A stretch of 64,000 nt of DNA from Candidatus Dormiibacterota bacterium (GTDB lineage Bacteria > Chloroflexota > Dormibacteria > Aeolococcales > Aeolococcaceae), in NCBI GenBank assembly GCA_963709585.1, contig CAVPXI010000004.1, forward strand, positions 1-64,000, given 5' to 3'. This document shows, in pieces, positions 18,476 through 28,788 of the stretch. The translations under genes were made by a program, and so were the position numbers. The notes under the pieces are model-generated. The model was not told the DNA's origin, ran no database searches, and saw nothing but the letters and a program-made list of their open reading frames with translations. Position 1 is the stretch's first letter. The number at the start of each line of letters is the position of its first letter.

Positions 18476-18487
18476 GCGCCGGCGCGA

Positions 18488-19192
18488 TCAGGGGTGGCGG
18501 CTGAGCATCTCTCCGAGCCGCGCGATCGGCGGCTCCTGCCCGGCGGTGACGTATGCGGTCACCACCAGCGAGAGCAGGAGCACCTTGAGGGCGCGGAAGG
18601 GCGCGGCCGGCGGCTGCTGCACCACCAGGCCAGAGAGCGCGATCCCGTCGATGGCACTCAGGATCGCGCCGGCAAGCTCGCGCGGCGACACCAGCGAGTA
18701 CGCGGGCAGGCGGCCGAGCACCTGGCGCAGCTCGATCTCGATCTCGTCTACGAGATGGGTGCGGAGGCTGGCGCAGCGGACCCGGAGCGCCGGGCTGCTC
18801 AGGCTGACCGTGTACAGGTCCAGGAGCAGTCGGAAGAACTCGGGCTGATCCGCGCAGCGGGCTTCGGCGTGGTCGAGGCCGGTCACGATGCGCTCGAGGG
18901 GATCCTCGACCGCCTCGACCACCGCCTTCCAGTCGGCGACCATCTGACGTTCGGTGACCATCACCACCTCGAGGAGCAACTCCTCCTTCGAGTCGAAGTA
19001 GTAGTGGAGGAGGCCGGGCGCGACCCTCGCCTCACGGGCGACGTCCTTCAGCGACGTCTCGGCATAGCCTTGACGGCCGAGCACGGCCGCGGCGGCACGG
19101 ACGATCTGGATTCTCCTGCCGGCCTCGTCGACCTCGGTGCCCCGCAGCGTCGTCCCCTCGTCCCTGGCGCCGATCGTGGCGATCTGTCTCAC
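18488..19192 (-). CDS. TetR-family transcriptional regulator
   Basis: GYAETSLKDVAREARVAPGLLHYYF HTH. Confidence 0.9.
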   Translation of the reverse strand: MRQIATIGARDEGTTLRGTEVDEAGRRIQIVRAAAAVLGRQGYAETSLKDVAREARVAPGLLHYYFDSKEELLLEVVMVTERQMVADWKAVVEAVEDPLERIVTGLDHAEARCADQPEFFRLLLDLYTVSLSSPALRVRCASLRTHLVDEIEIELRQVLGRLPAYSLVSPRELAGAILSAIDGIALSGLVVQQPPAAPFRALKVLLLSLVVTAYVTAGQEPPIARLGEMLSRHP

Positions 19193-19265
19193 GCGTTCAA
19201 CCTGAGCGGCAATGCTAACCCGGCCCGGGCGGGTTAGGAAAGCTGGTGAGGGCCGCGCCTGCTGC

Positions 19266-20114
19266 TCAGGCGATCGGTTTGTGGAAGCCCACGCCGATGG
19301 CCCCCGGCCCGCTGTGGCAGCCGACCACGGGCCCGACCACCGTCAGCGCCGGCTCGCTCGACACCAGGGGACGCATCCTGTCCACGAGCTCGGCGGCGAT
19401 CCGGGGGCGGTCGGCGTGAGCGACGACGACGTCGGCGCCCCCCCAGGCCGCGGCGGCCCGCTTGCACTCCTCGACGACGCGGTCGATCGCGCGCGGATAG
19501 GTCCGAACTCGTCCGACCGGCTCGATGACCCCGTCACGGATCTCGAGGATCGGCTTGATGTCGAGCATGGAACCGAGCAGCGCTCGCGCTCCGCCGATCC
19601 GGCCGCCGCGGCGCAGGAACTCGAGGGTCTCGACGGTGAAGAGCACCTTCTCGGTGGCGAGCACGGCAGCGATCGCGGCCTCGACCTTGGCGGCGTCGGC
19701 GCCGGCCTCGATGCTCCGAACCGCCTCGCGGACGGCAGCGTAGTGACCGACCGCGACGCTGCGCGTGTCGATGACCCGGATGTCCTGATTGGGCAGCGCC
19801 GCGCGGGCCTGGGTTGCCGACGCGTAGGTGCCACTGAGATCGGCGGAGATGGTCGTGCAGATGATCGCGCCGCCGTCCGACCCCAACTCCCGGAAGACAT
19901 CCTCGAATTCGGCGGGGGTCGGTTGTGAGGTCCGCGGAAACGGGCCGGGCGCAGCCAGCCGGGTGTAGAACTCGGCGGCCGAGATGTCCACGCCGTCGAG
20001 GTAGGTCTGATCGCCGAAGATCACCTTGAGCGGGACGACGCGCACGGTGTGGGCGGCCCGAAACCCGGGATCGAGATCGGCGGTGCTGTCGCACACCAGG
20101 TGGACCGACGGCAT
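19266..20114 (-). CDS. DegV family fatty-acid-binding protein
   Basis: DSTADL, TSQPTP, LSGTY, GGRIG, IKPIL, HSGPG. Confidence 0.95.
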   Translation of the reverse strand: MPSVHLVCDSTADLDPGFRAAHTVRVVPLKVIFGDQTYLDGVDISAAEFYTRLAAPGPFPRTSQPTPAEFEDVFRELGSDGGAIICTTISADLSGTYASATQARAALPNQDIRVIDTRSVAVGHYAAVREAVRSIEAGADAAKVEAAIAAVLATEKVLFTVETLEFLRRGGRIGGARALLGSMLDIKPILEIRDGVIEPVGRVRTYPRAIDRVVEECKRAAAAWGGADVVVAHADRPRIAAELVDRMRPLVSSEPALTVVGPVVGCHSGPGAIGVGFHKPIA

Positions 20115-20126
20115 GGGCGCCGTAGC

Positions 20127-20990
20127 CTACCTCGCAGCCAGCAGTCTGGCCTGATCCTCGCCGTTGTCCTCGGCGATCAGCAGGGCGCCGAGCAGGGATC
20201 GGTCCTCGCCCAGGGTGCCGCGCGCGATCTCGGGGTGCGGCTGGAGGAAGAGGGAGCGGTCGACGGTCTCGAAGAGCGACGGCGAGAACCGGCTCCAGCT
20301 CGCGCACACGCCGCCCCCGAACACCACCACGTCGGGGTCGTGCACGGTCGTGACGTTCACGGTTGCGAGCCCGATCCACCTGCCGATCTCCGCCCAGGCG
20401 TCCGGGTCACTCAGCTGCTCGGCGGCGATGCCGTACCGCCGCGCGATCGCACGACCGCTCGCCAGCGCCTCGAAGCAGCCTGCGCCGCCACAGTGGCATG
20501 GCGGGCCGCCGAGCCATGCGGGCCAGAGCACCATGTGGCCGCCCTCGGTGTCGTGCCTGCCGACCACGATCCGGCCGTCGCGGACGACCCCGCACCCGAT
20601 GCCGGTCGAGACCGTCCAGTAGACCACCGTTCGGTGACCCGAACCGGCGCCGAGACGCGCCTCGGCGAGCGCTGCGCAGTTGGCGTCGTTCTCGACCACC
20701 ACCGGGCAGTCGAAGCGCTGGCCGAGGAGGTGCGCCATCTCGAGCCCGTGCCATGACGCCGGCATGCCTGGCGGGTTGAGCAGCGCGCCGGCAACGCGGT
20801 CGAAGGGGCCGGGGGCCGAGATCGCTATCGCCTCGGGAAGGACCCCGCCCATCACCCCCTCGATGAGACCGCGCAGGGTCGCCAGCGGGGAATCGACCGG
20901 CGTCGGGGTCCTGCGGACCGTGCCGAGCGAAGCGCCGCGACCGGCGGATGCGGCGATCTTGGTGCCGCCGATGTCGAGGAGCGCGATCAC
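20127..20990 (-). CDS. ROK family sugar kinase
   Basis: DIGGTKI, ENDANCAALAE, STGIG, CHCGGAGCFE. Confidence 0.92.
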   Translation of the reverse strand: MIALLDIGGTKIAASAGRGASLGTVRRTPTPVDSPLATLRGLIEGVMGGVLPEAIAISAPGPFDRVAGALLNPPGMPASWHGLEMAHLLGQRFDCPVVVENDANCAALAEARLGAGSGHRTVVYWTVSTGIGCGVVRDGRIVVGRHDTEGGHMVLWPAWLGGPPCHCGGAGCFEALASGRAIARRYGIAAEQLSDPDAWAEIGRWIGLATVNVTTVHDPDVVVFGGGVCASWSRFSPSLFETVDRSLFLQPHPEIARGTLGEDRSLLGALLIAEDNGEDQARLLAAR

Positions 20991-21017
20991 CGGGCGATGA
21001 TGCCTACACTCGCCGCC

Positions 21018-21782
21018 ATGCTGCTCGCGATCGACGTCGGAAACACCAACATCGTGGTCGGGGTCTTCGAAGGCGAGCAGCTGGTCGCCGACTTCCGGAT
21101 CCACACGGACGACCGATTCACCGGGGACGAGCTGGGGCTGGTGCTCGTTGACCTACTGGGACGCCGGAACCTCCTCCCGGGGCAGGTGACCGCGGTGGTG
21201 GTCAGCAGCGTGGTTCCCACGCTCGCGCGGAGCATCGACGAACTTTCCCACACCTACTTCAACCGGCCGCCGATGGTCGTCGGCCCGGGGACGCGGACCG
21301 GCATCCGCATCCACTACGACGACCCCCGCCGGGTGGGCGCCGACCGGATCGCGAACGCGATCGCAGCCCACCATCTCTACCGGGGACCGGCGATCCTCGT
21401 CGACTTCGGCACCGCGACCACGTTCGACGCCATCGACGCCAACGGCGACTACCTCGGCGGCGCCATCGCCCCGGGGATCCAGCTCAGCCACGACGCGCTG
21501 GTGAGCCACGCCGCAATGCTCATCCGGGTCGAGCTCACGGCTCCCGTCGAGGCGATCGGGCACTCGACCACGGGGAGCATGCAGTCGGGGATCGTGTTCG
21601 GCTACGTTGGCCTGGTCGAGGGGCTCGTCGCGCGGTTCCGCAAGGAGATGGAGGGGCAGCCCACGGTGGTCGCCACCGGGGGCCTGGCGCCGTCACTCGC
21701 CAGGCTGATCCCGGCGATCGACGTCGTCGACGAGCGGCTCACCCTCCACGGGCTCCGCCTCATCCACGATCAGAATCGCTGA
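21018..21782 (+). CDS. coaX: Type III pantothenate kinase
   Basis: IDVGNTN, GADRIAN, DFGTATT, ATGG. Confidence 0.95.
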   Translation: MLLAIDVGNTNIVVGVFEGEQLVADFRIHTDDRFTGDELGLVLVDLLGRRNLLPGQVTAVVVSSVVPTLARSIDELSHTYFNRPPMVVGPGTRTGIRIHYDDPRRVGADRIANAIAAHHLYRGPAILVDFGTATTFDAIDANGDYLGGAIAPGIQLSHDALVSHAAMLIRVELTAPVEAIGHSTTGSMQSGIVFGYVGLVEGLVARFRKEMEGQPTVVATGGLAPSLARLIPAIDVVDERLTLHGLRLIHDQNR

Positions 21783-21813
21783 GGCGCGCCGGGGCGCCCC
21801 GTACCATGGGGCG

Positions 21814-22854
21814 ATGGCTGTCGCAGCGACCGCTCTCCGCCCCCTGCGGGTCGGCGGGCTCGAACTCTCGTCACCGGTGCTTGTGGCGCCGATGGTGGGG
21901 ATCACCGACGCGCCCTGCCGTGAGCTGTGCCGGGAGTTTGGCGCCGGCCTGGTGTCGACCGAGATGGTCGCTGCCGAGGCGGTGGTCCGCAGCACCGACG
22001 CCGTGATGCATCTCCTCGACTTCCCGGGCGACGTGGCACCGGTCGCGGCGCAACTGGTGGGCTGCGATCCGGCCATGATGGCCGACGCCGCCCAGGTCTG
22101 CGTGGAGCGCGGCGCCGTGATCGTCGACGTCAATCTCGGCTGCCCGGTATCCAGGGTTGTGAGCCGGGGCAGCGGCGCCGCCCTCGCCCGGGACGTCGGC
22201 GCGACCGCGCGGGTGGTCACCGCGATGGTCGAGGCTGTCCGCGTCCCGGTCACCGTGAAGATGCGCCTTGGCTGGGATGCGTCGACCATCAACGCCCCCG
22301 ACCTTGCCCGTGCCCTCGAGGACGCGGGGGTTGCCGCCGTGACCGTGCACGGCCGGACCCGCTGCCAGAAATACGAGGGAACCGCCGACTGGGCGGAGAT
22401 CGCCCGGGTCAAGGAGGCCGTCGGGGTCCCGGTCTTCGGCAGCGGCGACGTCGAGGACGTGGAGACGCTCGCGCAGCGCATCGAGGCCGGGATGGTTGAT
22501 GGGGTCGTGATCGCGCGCGGCATGCTCGGCAACTTCTGGTTCGTCCGCCAGGCGGTCCACCGGCTGGCCGCGGGCACGATGCTGCCCGACCTCGACTTCG
22601 CGGCCCGCATCGCCCTGGCCCGCCGCCATCTCGACATGCTCTGTGCGTATCACGGTGAGAACCGTGCCCTACGCACCGGCCGTAAGTACGTCGCGTGGAC
22701 AATTCGCGGCTGCGCAGGCGCTGCGCGACTTCGGGCCGAGGTTCAGACGATCGACACGCGTGAGCGGCTCGACGCGTTGCTCGATCGTGCGCTCGAGGCA
22801 GGACCGCGATCCGAGGGATGGTTCCGGCCGGTGTTCGTCAGCGGCGAGGGCTGA
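21814..22854 (+). CDS. dusB: tRNA-dihydrouridine synthase
   Basis: APMVGITD, NLGCP, VTVKMRLG, VHGRT. Confidence 0.9.
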   Translation: MAVAATALRPLRVGGLELSSPVLVAPMVGITDAPCRELCREFGAGLVSTEMVAAEAVVRSTDAVMHLLDFPGDVAPVAAQLVGCDPAMMADAAQVCVERGAVIVDVNLGCPVSRVVSRGSGAALARDVGATARVVTAMVEAVRVPVTVKMRLGWDASTINAPDLARALEDAGVAAVTVHGRTRCQKYEGTADWAEIARVKEAVGVPVFGSGDVEDVETLAQRIEAGMVDGVVIARGMLGNFWFVRQAVHRLAAGTMLPDLDFAARIALARRHLDMLCAYHGENRALRTGRKYVAWTIRGCAGAARLRAEVQTIDTRERLDALLDRALEAGPRSEGWFRPVFVSGEG

Positions 22855-22860
22855 CGAGAG

Positions 22861-22897
22861 CAAAAAAGAAGGGCGCCTCTGGAAACCAGAGACGCCC
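22861..22897 (-). terminator. Rho-independent terminator (minus strand)
   Basis: GGGCGTCTCTGG-TTT-CCAGAGGCGCCC followed by TTCTTTTTTG; the one non-Watson-Crick pair is a G-U wobble only on the minus strand. Confidence 0.85.
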
Positions 22898-22938
22898 CGA
22901 GAGGGGGGGCAGTAATGAAGATCCCCACATCGACCTCG
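22861..22938 (-). ncRNA. Candidate ~78-nt small RNA with C-rich seed
   Basis: Lies between a near-consensus promoter and an intrinsic terminator, with no complete ORF inside; contains CCCCCCCTCTC. Confidence 0.65.
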
Positions 22939-22944
22939 CGACGG

Positions 22945-22973
22945 ATCATATGAACCATAACGATTTCCGTCAA
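22945..22973 (-). promoter_or_regulatory. Sigma70/SigA-type promoter
   Basis: TTGACG-N17-TATGAT on the minus strand. Confidence 0.75.
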
Positions 22974-23086
22974 GGAATAACGACAAGTTGTTACGCCGCG
23001 CCGGATGTGCCTCGCCTATACTCCGGGCTCCGCAGCGCGGAGGTAGCCGGATACCCCGCCGAGATTTTGTCGTATCAGGGAATTAT

Positions 23087-23548
23087 ATGGACAAACCTGT
23101 GTTGCTCACGCGAGACGGTCTCGTCAAGCTCGAGCACGAATTGGAAGAGTTACGTACGGTCCGTCGCTCCGAGGTGGCCGAGCGCATCAAGTACGCCAAG
23201 GACTTCGGCGACCTCTCGGAGAATGCCGAATACGACGAGGCGAAGAACGAGCAGGGAATGCTCGAGGGCCGCATCCTCGTGATCGAGAACATGCTCCGCA
23301 ATGCCGTCATCATCGAAGAGGGCAGTGAGAGCGGAATCATCAGTGTCGGCACGACCGCCGAGGTCAAGGACGACTTCGGCAAACAAACCCTGACGATTGT
23401 CGGTCCCGCCGAGGTCGATGTTGCCGAGGGGCGGATCTCGATGGAGTCGCCGGTCGGCAAGGCGCTGCTCGGTCACCGGGTCGGGGACACCGTCGACGTG
23501 GTCAGCCCGGGTGGCTCCCGGCAGATCAAGATCGTCAAGATCAACTAG
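23087..23548 (+). CDS. greA: Transcription elongation factor GreA
   Basis: GDLSENAEYDEAK, ISMESPVGKALLG. Confidence 0.97.
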   Translation: MDKPVLLTRDGLVKLEHELEELRTVRRSEVAERIKYAKDFGDLSENAEYDEAKNEQGMLEGRILVIENMLRNAVIIEEGSESGIISVGTTAEVKDDFGKQTLTIVGPAEVDVAEGRISMESPVGKALLGHRVGDTVDVVSPGGSRQIKIVKIN

Positions 23549-23600
23549 ATCGCAGCACCGCGTGCGCACGCGGCGAGCCCTGCCGGGGAAGATAGGCCGC

Positions 23601-25145
23601 ATGCCATCCGACGACCTCTTCGCAGAGCGCCGGCGCAAGGTCGATGAGCTCGCCGCGCGTGGGATTCCCTCCTACGGAGTCGATTTCACGCCCAGCGCGA
23701 CCATGGACGAAGCGCGCCTCCGGCTCGGCGCGTATGAAGCCGAGCATCCGGACGCCGACGTCGACGCAACGGACCGGCCGGTCGTCGCCGTGGCCGGCAG
23801 GATCATGCAATTGCGCGATCTCGGTGGTGCCGCATTCGCCCACGTCGAGGACGAGTCGGGTCGGATGCAGATGTGGTTTCGCGCCGACCGCTCCGGAGGT
23901 GCCCACGCGATGGTGGGGATGCTCGATCTCGGCGACATCGTCGGGATCACCGGACCGATGACCCGCACGCGGCGTGGCGAGCCGAGCGTTCTCGTCGACA
24001 CCGTGACGCTGCTGGTCAAGGCGCTGCACGCGCCTCCCGAGAAGTTCCACGGTCTCCACGACCAGGAGACCCGCTACCGAAAGCGCTATCTCGACCTGCT
24101 CAGCAACTCGGGTCAACGACGCCACTTCGCGACGCGCACCCGATTGATTCGCGCGCTCCGGGCGACACTCGATCAACGCGGGTTCCTCGAGGTCGAAACC
24201 CCTGTGCTGCAGCCGATTCCCGGTGGTGGCCACGCGCTCCCGTTCAAGACGCACTGGAACGCCCTGCACACCGATGTCTATCTGCGCATCGCGATCGAGC
24301 TGCATCTCAAGCGCCTCATCGTCGGCGGCTATGCCCGCGTGTACGAGATCGGCCGCGTGTTTCGCAATGAAGGACTGTCGCCGCGGCACAACCCGGAGTT
24401 CACCATGCTCGAGGCGTACCAGGCCTACGCGACCTACGACGACATGCGCGAGCTCACCGAGTCGCTGGTCACCGCCGCCGCCAACGCGGCCGGTCCGCAG
24501 ATGGCGAAGCAGAACGACGGGGGCAGCGAACCGAGCGAGGACCCATTGCTGCGCACCGCGTTCGGCCGCTCGCTCCACCTCCGGCCGCCGTATCGCGCCG
24601 CGACCATGGTCGACCTTGTGCTCGAGCACACCGGCGTCGATGCGCGCGCGGCGTGGGATGAGATGCACGCGGCGGCAGCAAACCTCGGCGTCGAGGTCGC
24701 GCCGGATCTCAGCCCGGGGGCCGTGCTCGTCGAGATCTATGAGCAGCGAGTCGAGGGTGAGCTCTGGGATCCGACCTTCGTGCTCGACTACCCCGCCGAC
24801 GTCAGCCCGCTGGCGCGCCGGCGGCGCGACGACCCGCGATTCGTCGAGCGATTCGAGCTGATTGTCGCCGGTCGTGAGATCGCCAATGCGTTCAGCGAGC
24901 TCAATGATCCGATCGACCAGCGGGCGCGCTTCGAGGAGCAGGCGCGCATGCGCGCCGCGGGAGATGCGGAGATTCCGCCGATCGACGAGGACTTTCTCGA
25001 GGCGATCGAAACGGGCATGCCGCCTGCCGGCGGGCTCGGTGTCGGCGTCGATCGGCTCGTGATGCTGCTCACCAACTCGGCGACCATCCGCGACGTGCTG
25101 CTGTTTCCGACCATGCGTCCCCAGCCACGCGGCGGCAACTCCTGA
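23601..25145 (+). CDS. lysS: Lysyl-tRNA synthetase (class II)
   Basis: PEKFHGL, RYRKRYLDL, FRNEG..HNPEFT, ELNDPIDQ, GMPPAGGLG. Confidence 0.98.
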   Translation: MPSDDLFAERRRKVDELAARGIPSYGVDFTPSATMDEARLRLGAYEAEHPDADVDATDRPVVAVAGRIMQLRDLGGAAFAHVEDESGRMQMWFRADRSGGAHAMVGMLDLGDIVGITGPMTRTRRGEPSVLVDTVTLLVKALHAPPEKFHGLHDQETRYRKRYLDLLSNSGQRRHFATRTRLIRALRATLDQRGFLEVETPVLQPIPGGGHALPFKTHWNALHTDVYLRIAIELHLKRLIVGGYARVYEIGRVFRNEGLSPRHNPEFTMLEAYQAYATYDDMRELTESLVTAAANAAGPQMAKQNDGGSEPSEDPLLRTAFGRSLHLRPPYRAATMVDLVLEHTGVDARAAWDEMHAAAANLGVEVAPDLSPGAVLVEIYEQRVEGELWDPTFVLDYPADVSPLARRRRDDPRFVERFELIVAGREIANAFSELNDPIDQRARFEEQARMRAAGDAEIPPIDEDFLEAIETGMPPAGGLGVGVDRLVMLLTNSATIRDVLLFPTMRPQPRGGNS

Positions 25146-26401
25146 TGCTGTCCATGCAGCGCATTCGCGACGACCCGGACTCGGTTCGCGAGGGCGCGCG
25201 CAGAAAAGGGGAGACCGCGCCGATCGATGAGCTGCTCGCGGTCGACGCCGAAGCACGCAGCCTGCGCACCACCGTCGAACAGTCGCGCGCCGAGCAGCGT
25301 GCGGCATCGGCGGCGGTGCGGGGCAAACCGTCGGACGAACAGCGCGCATCGCTGACGTTGCTCAAGCAGCGCATCCAGGACGGGGAGGTGCGCCTCGCGG
25401 ATCTCGATCAGCGCGTCGAGGCCCTGCTGCTCGAGGTGCCCAATCCGCCGCACGCGAGCGTCCCCGACGGTGGCGGCCCCGCGGACAACGTCGTCGTGCG
25501 CACGTGGGGCACCGCCCCGAGCTTCCCCTTCGACGCGCAGCCGCACTACGAGCTCGGCGAGCGACTCGGCGTGTTCGACTTCGAGCGCGCCGTGAAGATC
25601 AGCGGATCGAGGTTCGTGGTGCTGCGCGGCGACGGCGCGCGGCTGCAACGCGCACTGACGTCGTTCATGCTCGATGTCGCCCGCGAGCACGGCTACACGG
25701 AGGTGGCACCCCCGTTCCTGGTGCGCCGCGAGGCGATGATCGGCACCGCACAGCTGCCCAAGTTCGAGGATGAGGCGTACCACGCCGACGACGGGCTCTT
25801 TCTCATTCCCACCGCCGAAGTTCCCGTGACCAATCTCTACGCAGGCGAGATTCTCGAGGCGGCGCAGCTGCCGATCGCGCACGTCGCGCTGACCCCGTGC
25901 TGGCGGCGGGAGGCGGGCGCGGCCGGCAAGGACACGCGCGGGTACATCCGGTTGCACCAGTTCGAGAAGGTGGAGATGGTGCGCTTCACGAGACCGGAAG
26001 CGTCGTTGGACGAGCTCGAGCTGATCACCGCGCACGCCGAGCACGTGCTCCAGCGGCTCGGCCTGCACTATCGCGTATTGCTGATGTGCACCGGCGACCT
26101 GGGCTTCGCGCAGTGGAAGAAGTACGACGTCGAGGTGTGGGCGCCAGGGATGCGCCAGTGGCTCGAGGTCTCATCGTGCTCGGTGTTCGCTGACTTCCAG
26201 GCGCGGCGAGCCAACATTCGGTACCGTCCCGCGCCGGGCGAGAAGCCACGTCACGTGCACACGCTCAACGGCAGCGCGCTCGGCGTTCCGCGCACGTTCG
26301 ATGCCGTCCTCGAGACTCACCAGCAGGAGGACGGCAGCGTGCTCATACCCCAACCGCTGCGCGCGTATCTCGGTGGCCTCGAGCGTCTGACCGTCTCGTG
26401 A
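25145..26401 (+). CDS. serS: Seryl-tRNA synthetase
   Basis: LIPTAEVP, RREAG, HQFEKVE, EVSSCS, HTLNGS. Confidence 0.98.
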   Translation: MLSMQRIRDDPDSVREGARRKGETAPIDELLAVDAEARSLRTTVEQSRAEQRAASAAVRGKPSDEQRASLTLLKQRIQDGEVRLADLDQRVEALLLEVPNPPHASVPDGGGPADNVVVRTWGTAPSFPFDAQPHYELGERLGVFDFERAVKISGSRFVVLRGDGARLQRALTSFMLDVAREHGYTEVAPPFLVRREAMIGTAQLPKFEDEAYHADDGLFLIPTAEVPVTNLYAGEILEAAQLPIAHVALTPCWRREAGAAGKDTRGYIRLHQFEKVEMVRFTRPEASLDELELITAHAEHVLQRLGLHYRVLLMCTGDLGFAQWKKYDVEVWAPGMRQWLEVSSCSVFADFQARRANIRYRPAPGEKPRHVHTLNGSALGVPRTFDAVLETHQQEDGSVLIPQPLRAYLGGLERLTVS

Positions 26402-26877
26402 TCAACCGCGACATCGACCCTGCGTGGCTCAACGATCGCAGCGAATTCCAGCAGAACTGGGTGCACGGCCTGCGCAACCCGTCGGGACTGCATTTGCAGT
26501 ACGAGCTCGACGGCAACCTCGTCTTCACGCACTGGACCCCGGGCGACGACCACGCCGGGTTTCCCGGTCTTGCGCACGGCGGCATCATCAGCGCGGTGCT
26601 CGACGACGTCATGGGGCGATGCTCGGCGCTGCACCGTCACTGGGTGGTCACGGGCCGCCTCGAGGTGCGCTACCGGCGCGCGGCGCCGCTCGGGGCCCGG
26701 CTTCGCATCGAGGGTCGCATCACCCGGCTCCTGCGTCGCGCGTTGCACACCGACGGGCGTGTCCTGCTTCCCGATGGCGGTGTTGTGGCCGAAGCCACGG
26801 GAACGTACCTCCCGCTCTCGCACGAGCTGCGCCGGCAGATGGTGGATGCCTGGCCGGGATTCGAGGAGTTCCTCTGA
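26398..26877 (+). CDS. PaaI-family hotdog thioesterase
   Basis: GLAHGGIISAVLDDVMG motif. Confidence 0.85.
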   Translation: MINRDIDPAWLNDRSEFQQNWVHGLRNPSGLHLQYELDGNLVFTHWTPGDDHAGFPGLAHGGIISAVLDDVMGRCSALHRHWVVTGRLEVRYRRAAPLGARLRIEGRITRLLRRALHTDGRVLLPDGGVVAEATGTYLPLSHELRRQMVDAWPGFEEFL

Positions 26878-26965
26878 CGCGCTAGCCAGGCAGTGACGCG
26901 CGCTTGCTCCGCCGGCGCGCCTCGGCTGAACCCGGTCCCGCAAGCGCCGATTAAAGTCAGCGACC

Positions 26966-27589
26966 ATGCCCGAGGAACGCGAGATCAAGATTCCCGTCCA
27001 CGCGGACTTCGTGCTGCCCGACCTCGACGACGTGGTTGAGGGCACGCACGCCGTCGACCGCGGCACCGTGGAGCTGTCGGCGACGTATTGGGACACCGAT
27101 GCGCTGACCCTGCTCCACGCCAACCTCGGCCTGCGCCATCGGAGCGCTGCGGGCGAGCCGGGTAAGTGGACCCTCAAGGCGGGCAACCGGATGGTGGGGC
27201 AGGCCGTCTCTCGCGAAGAGACGGACTTCCCGGGGGCGCCGGACCAGCCGCCTCAGGCGGCCCTCGAACTGATCCGCCCAGAGGTCGGCGAGGTCGCGCT
27301 CCACCCCATCGCGCGGCTCGTGACCGACCGGCACACCGTGGATCTCATGGCCGGCGCCGCACGGCGCGCCGAGGTTGCCGACGACCGCGTGTCGGTGCGC
27401 TCCGGCGACCGGACCGCGTCAACCTTTCGAGAGGTCGAGGTGGAACTCTTCGACGCCGATGCGGCATTGATCGACGCCGTCATGACCCGGCTCCGCGCCG
27501 CGGGAGTGGGGGAGCCCGACGGTACGCCGAAGTACGTTCGGGCACTCCGGGCGCTGGGTCACGACATTCCAGACCGCGTTTCCGTCTGA
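26966..27589 (+). CDS. CYTH domain protein
   Basis: EREIK, YWDT, WTLK, FREVEVEL, PKY motifs. Confidence 0.88.
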   Translation: MPEEREIKIPVHADFVLPDLDDVVEGTHAVDRGTVELSATYWDTDALTLLHANLGLRHRSAAGEPGKWTLKAGNRMVGQAVSREETDFPGAPDQPPQAALELIRPEVGEVALHPIARLVTDRHTVDLMAGAARRAEVADDRVSVRSGDRTASTFREVEVELFDADAALIDAVMTRLRAAGVGEPDGTPKYVRALRALGHDIPDRVSV

Positions 27590-27635
27590 TCGTCTTGGGC
27601 CGGCTCGTTAGATTCACCATTCTTTACCGCATGCA

Positions 27636-27650
27636 AACAAATATTTGCCC
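27636..27650. promoter_or_regulatory. AT-rich palindrome, putative MarR operator
   Basis: CAAATATTTG palindrome upstream of the marR gene. Confidence 0.4.
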
Positions 27651-27704
27651 GAGACCGCCCTCAAGGGCTCGATCGACCCTTCCCAGCCGCGTAAAGTCGG
27701 ACGC

Positions 27705-28211
27705 GTGACGCTCGCGACCAAGGCCGAGCCCGCAGCTCGAAACACCGACTTCTTCCAGGACGCCACGATCGACGATCTGCGCCTCGCGGCGATCTTCCGG
27801 CGCGGATTCCGGCAGGCGATGATCCAGATCAATCGCTCGCTCGCGCAGCATGACCTGAGCCCCCTGCAGTACCACCTCCTCCTCGAGGCCGGCGCTGCCG
27901 GGGTCGAGGGATGCGTGCAGGGCGACCTCGCGGAACTCATCCAGGCGCCCGAGGCGCGTGTGTCCCTGATGGTTCACGAGTTGAACGCTCGCGGGCTGGT
28001 TCGGACGCTTCGATGCGCGCCTGATCGGCGCATGGTTCGCGTCGGCCTCACCGAGGCCGGTTGCCGGGTGGTCGAGGCGGCGCTCCATGCCCAGCGCGCC
28101 GCGCTGCACGAGATGGCTCAGGACTTCAACGTCCCGGGCGTCGCGCAGATGCTCCGGGGAGCGGTCCAGCTATACCTCGGGGTCGATATTGCCGAGGAAG
28201 GCCGCCTCTAG
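27705..28211 (+). CDS. MarR-family regulator
   Basis: LSPLQYHLLL, QGDLAE, DRRMVRVGLTEAG. Confidence 0.88.
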   Translation: MTLATKAEPAARNTDFFQDATIDDLRLAAIFRRGFRQAMIQINRSLAQHDLSPLQYHLLLEAGAAGVEGCVQGDLAELIQAPEARVSLMVHELNARGLVRTLRCAPDRRMVRVGLTEAGCRVVEAALHAQRAALHEMAQDFNVPGVAQMLRGAVQLYLGVDIAEEGRL

Positions 28212-28788
28212 GACCTCGCCGACGCGGAACGCGAAGCGCGGCGCGTTGATGACGAGCCAGAGCGCCTGACTCCAGTTCGCCGGCTGCCGGATCGCGCGTG
28301 TTGGAGCAGCCCACGCCGCGGACAGCTCGCGCGTCGGCGTGTCGAGGATCACCCGGAGCACCCCGAAGCGCTGTGCGGATTCCGCCGCTGCGGCCGAACT
28401 CCATGTCCACGGCGACATGACCGCGGCCGGCCCATGTCTCCCTGGCGGTGCCGGTGACCATCCCTGACGTCGAGATGAGCGACCCGCTCACCACCGGGAG
28501 GCGCAGGTACCGCGCGGCGTGCTCGAGCGCGGCGACGACACGCGGGTCGCACGTATGGGTCAGCCCTCGCTCATCAACGACCTGGGTGGGAATGACCACC
28601 GTGCCCGGCGTCTGCTCGGGGAGCAGGCCGCCGCAGAGCCCAGCGCTGATGACGATTCCCGGCATCGCTGCCGGAGGCCTCCCGCCGATCCCGACCTGCA
28701 CCACGCGGACATGCCGAGCCCGGCGCCGCACCCCCCATGCCTCCACGCCCATGGCGCAGATGGCCGTGACCCGCGTGTCAGGCGGCAT
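28170..28788 (-). CDS. hpnG: Hopanoid-associated nucleoside phosphorylase-like protein (frameshift near 28395)
   Basis: AMGVEA, SAGLCGGL, AVDME then shifted SAAAA...VLRVILD; last gene of the hpn cluster. Confidence 0.7.
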
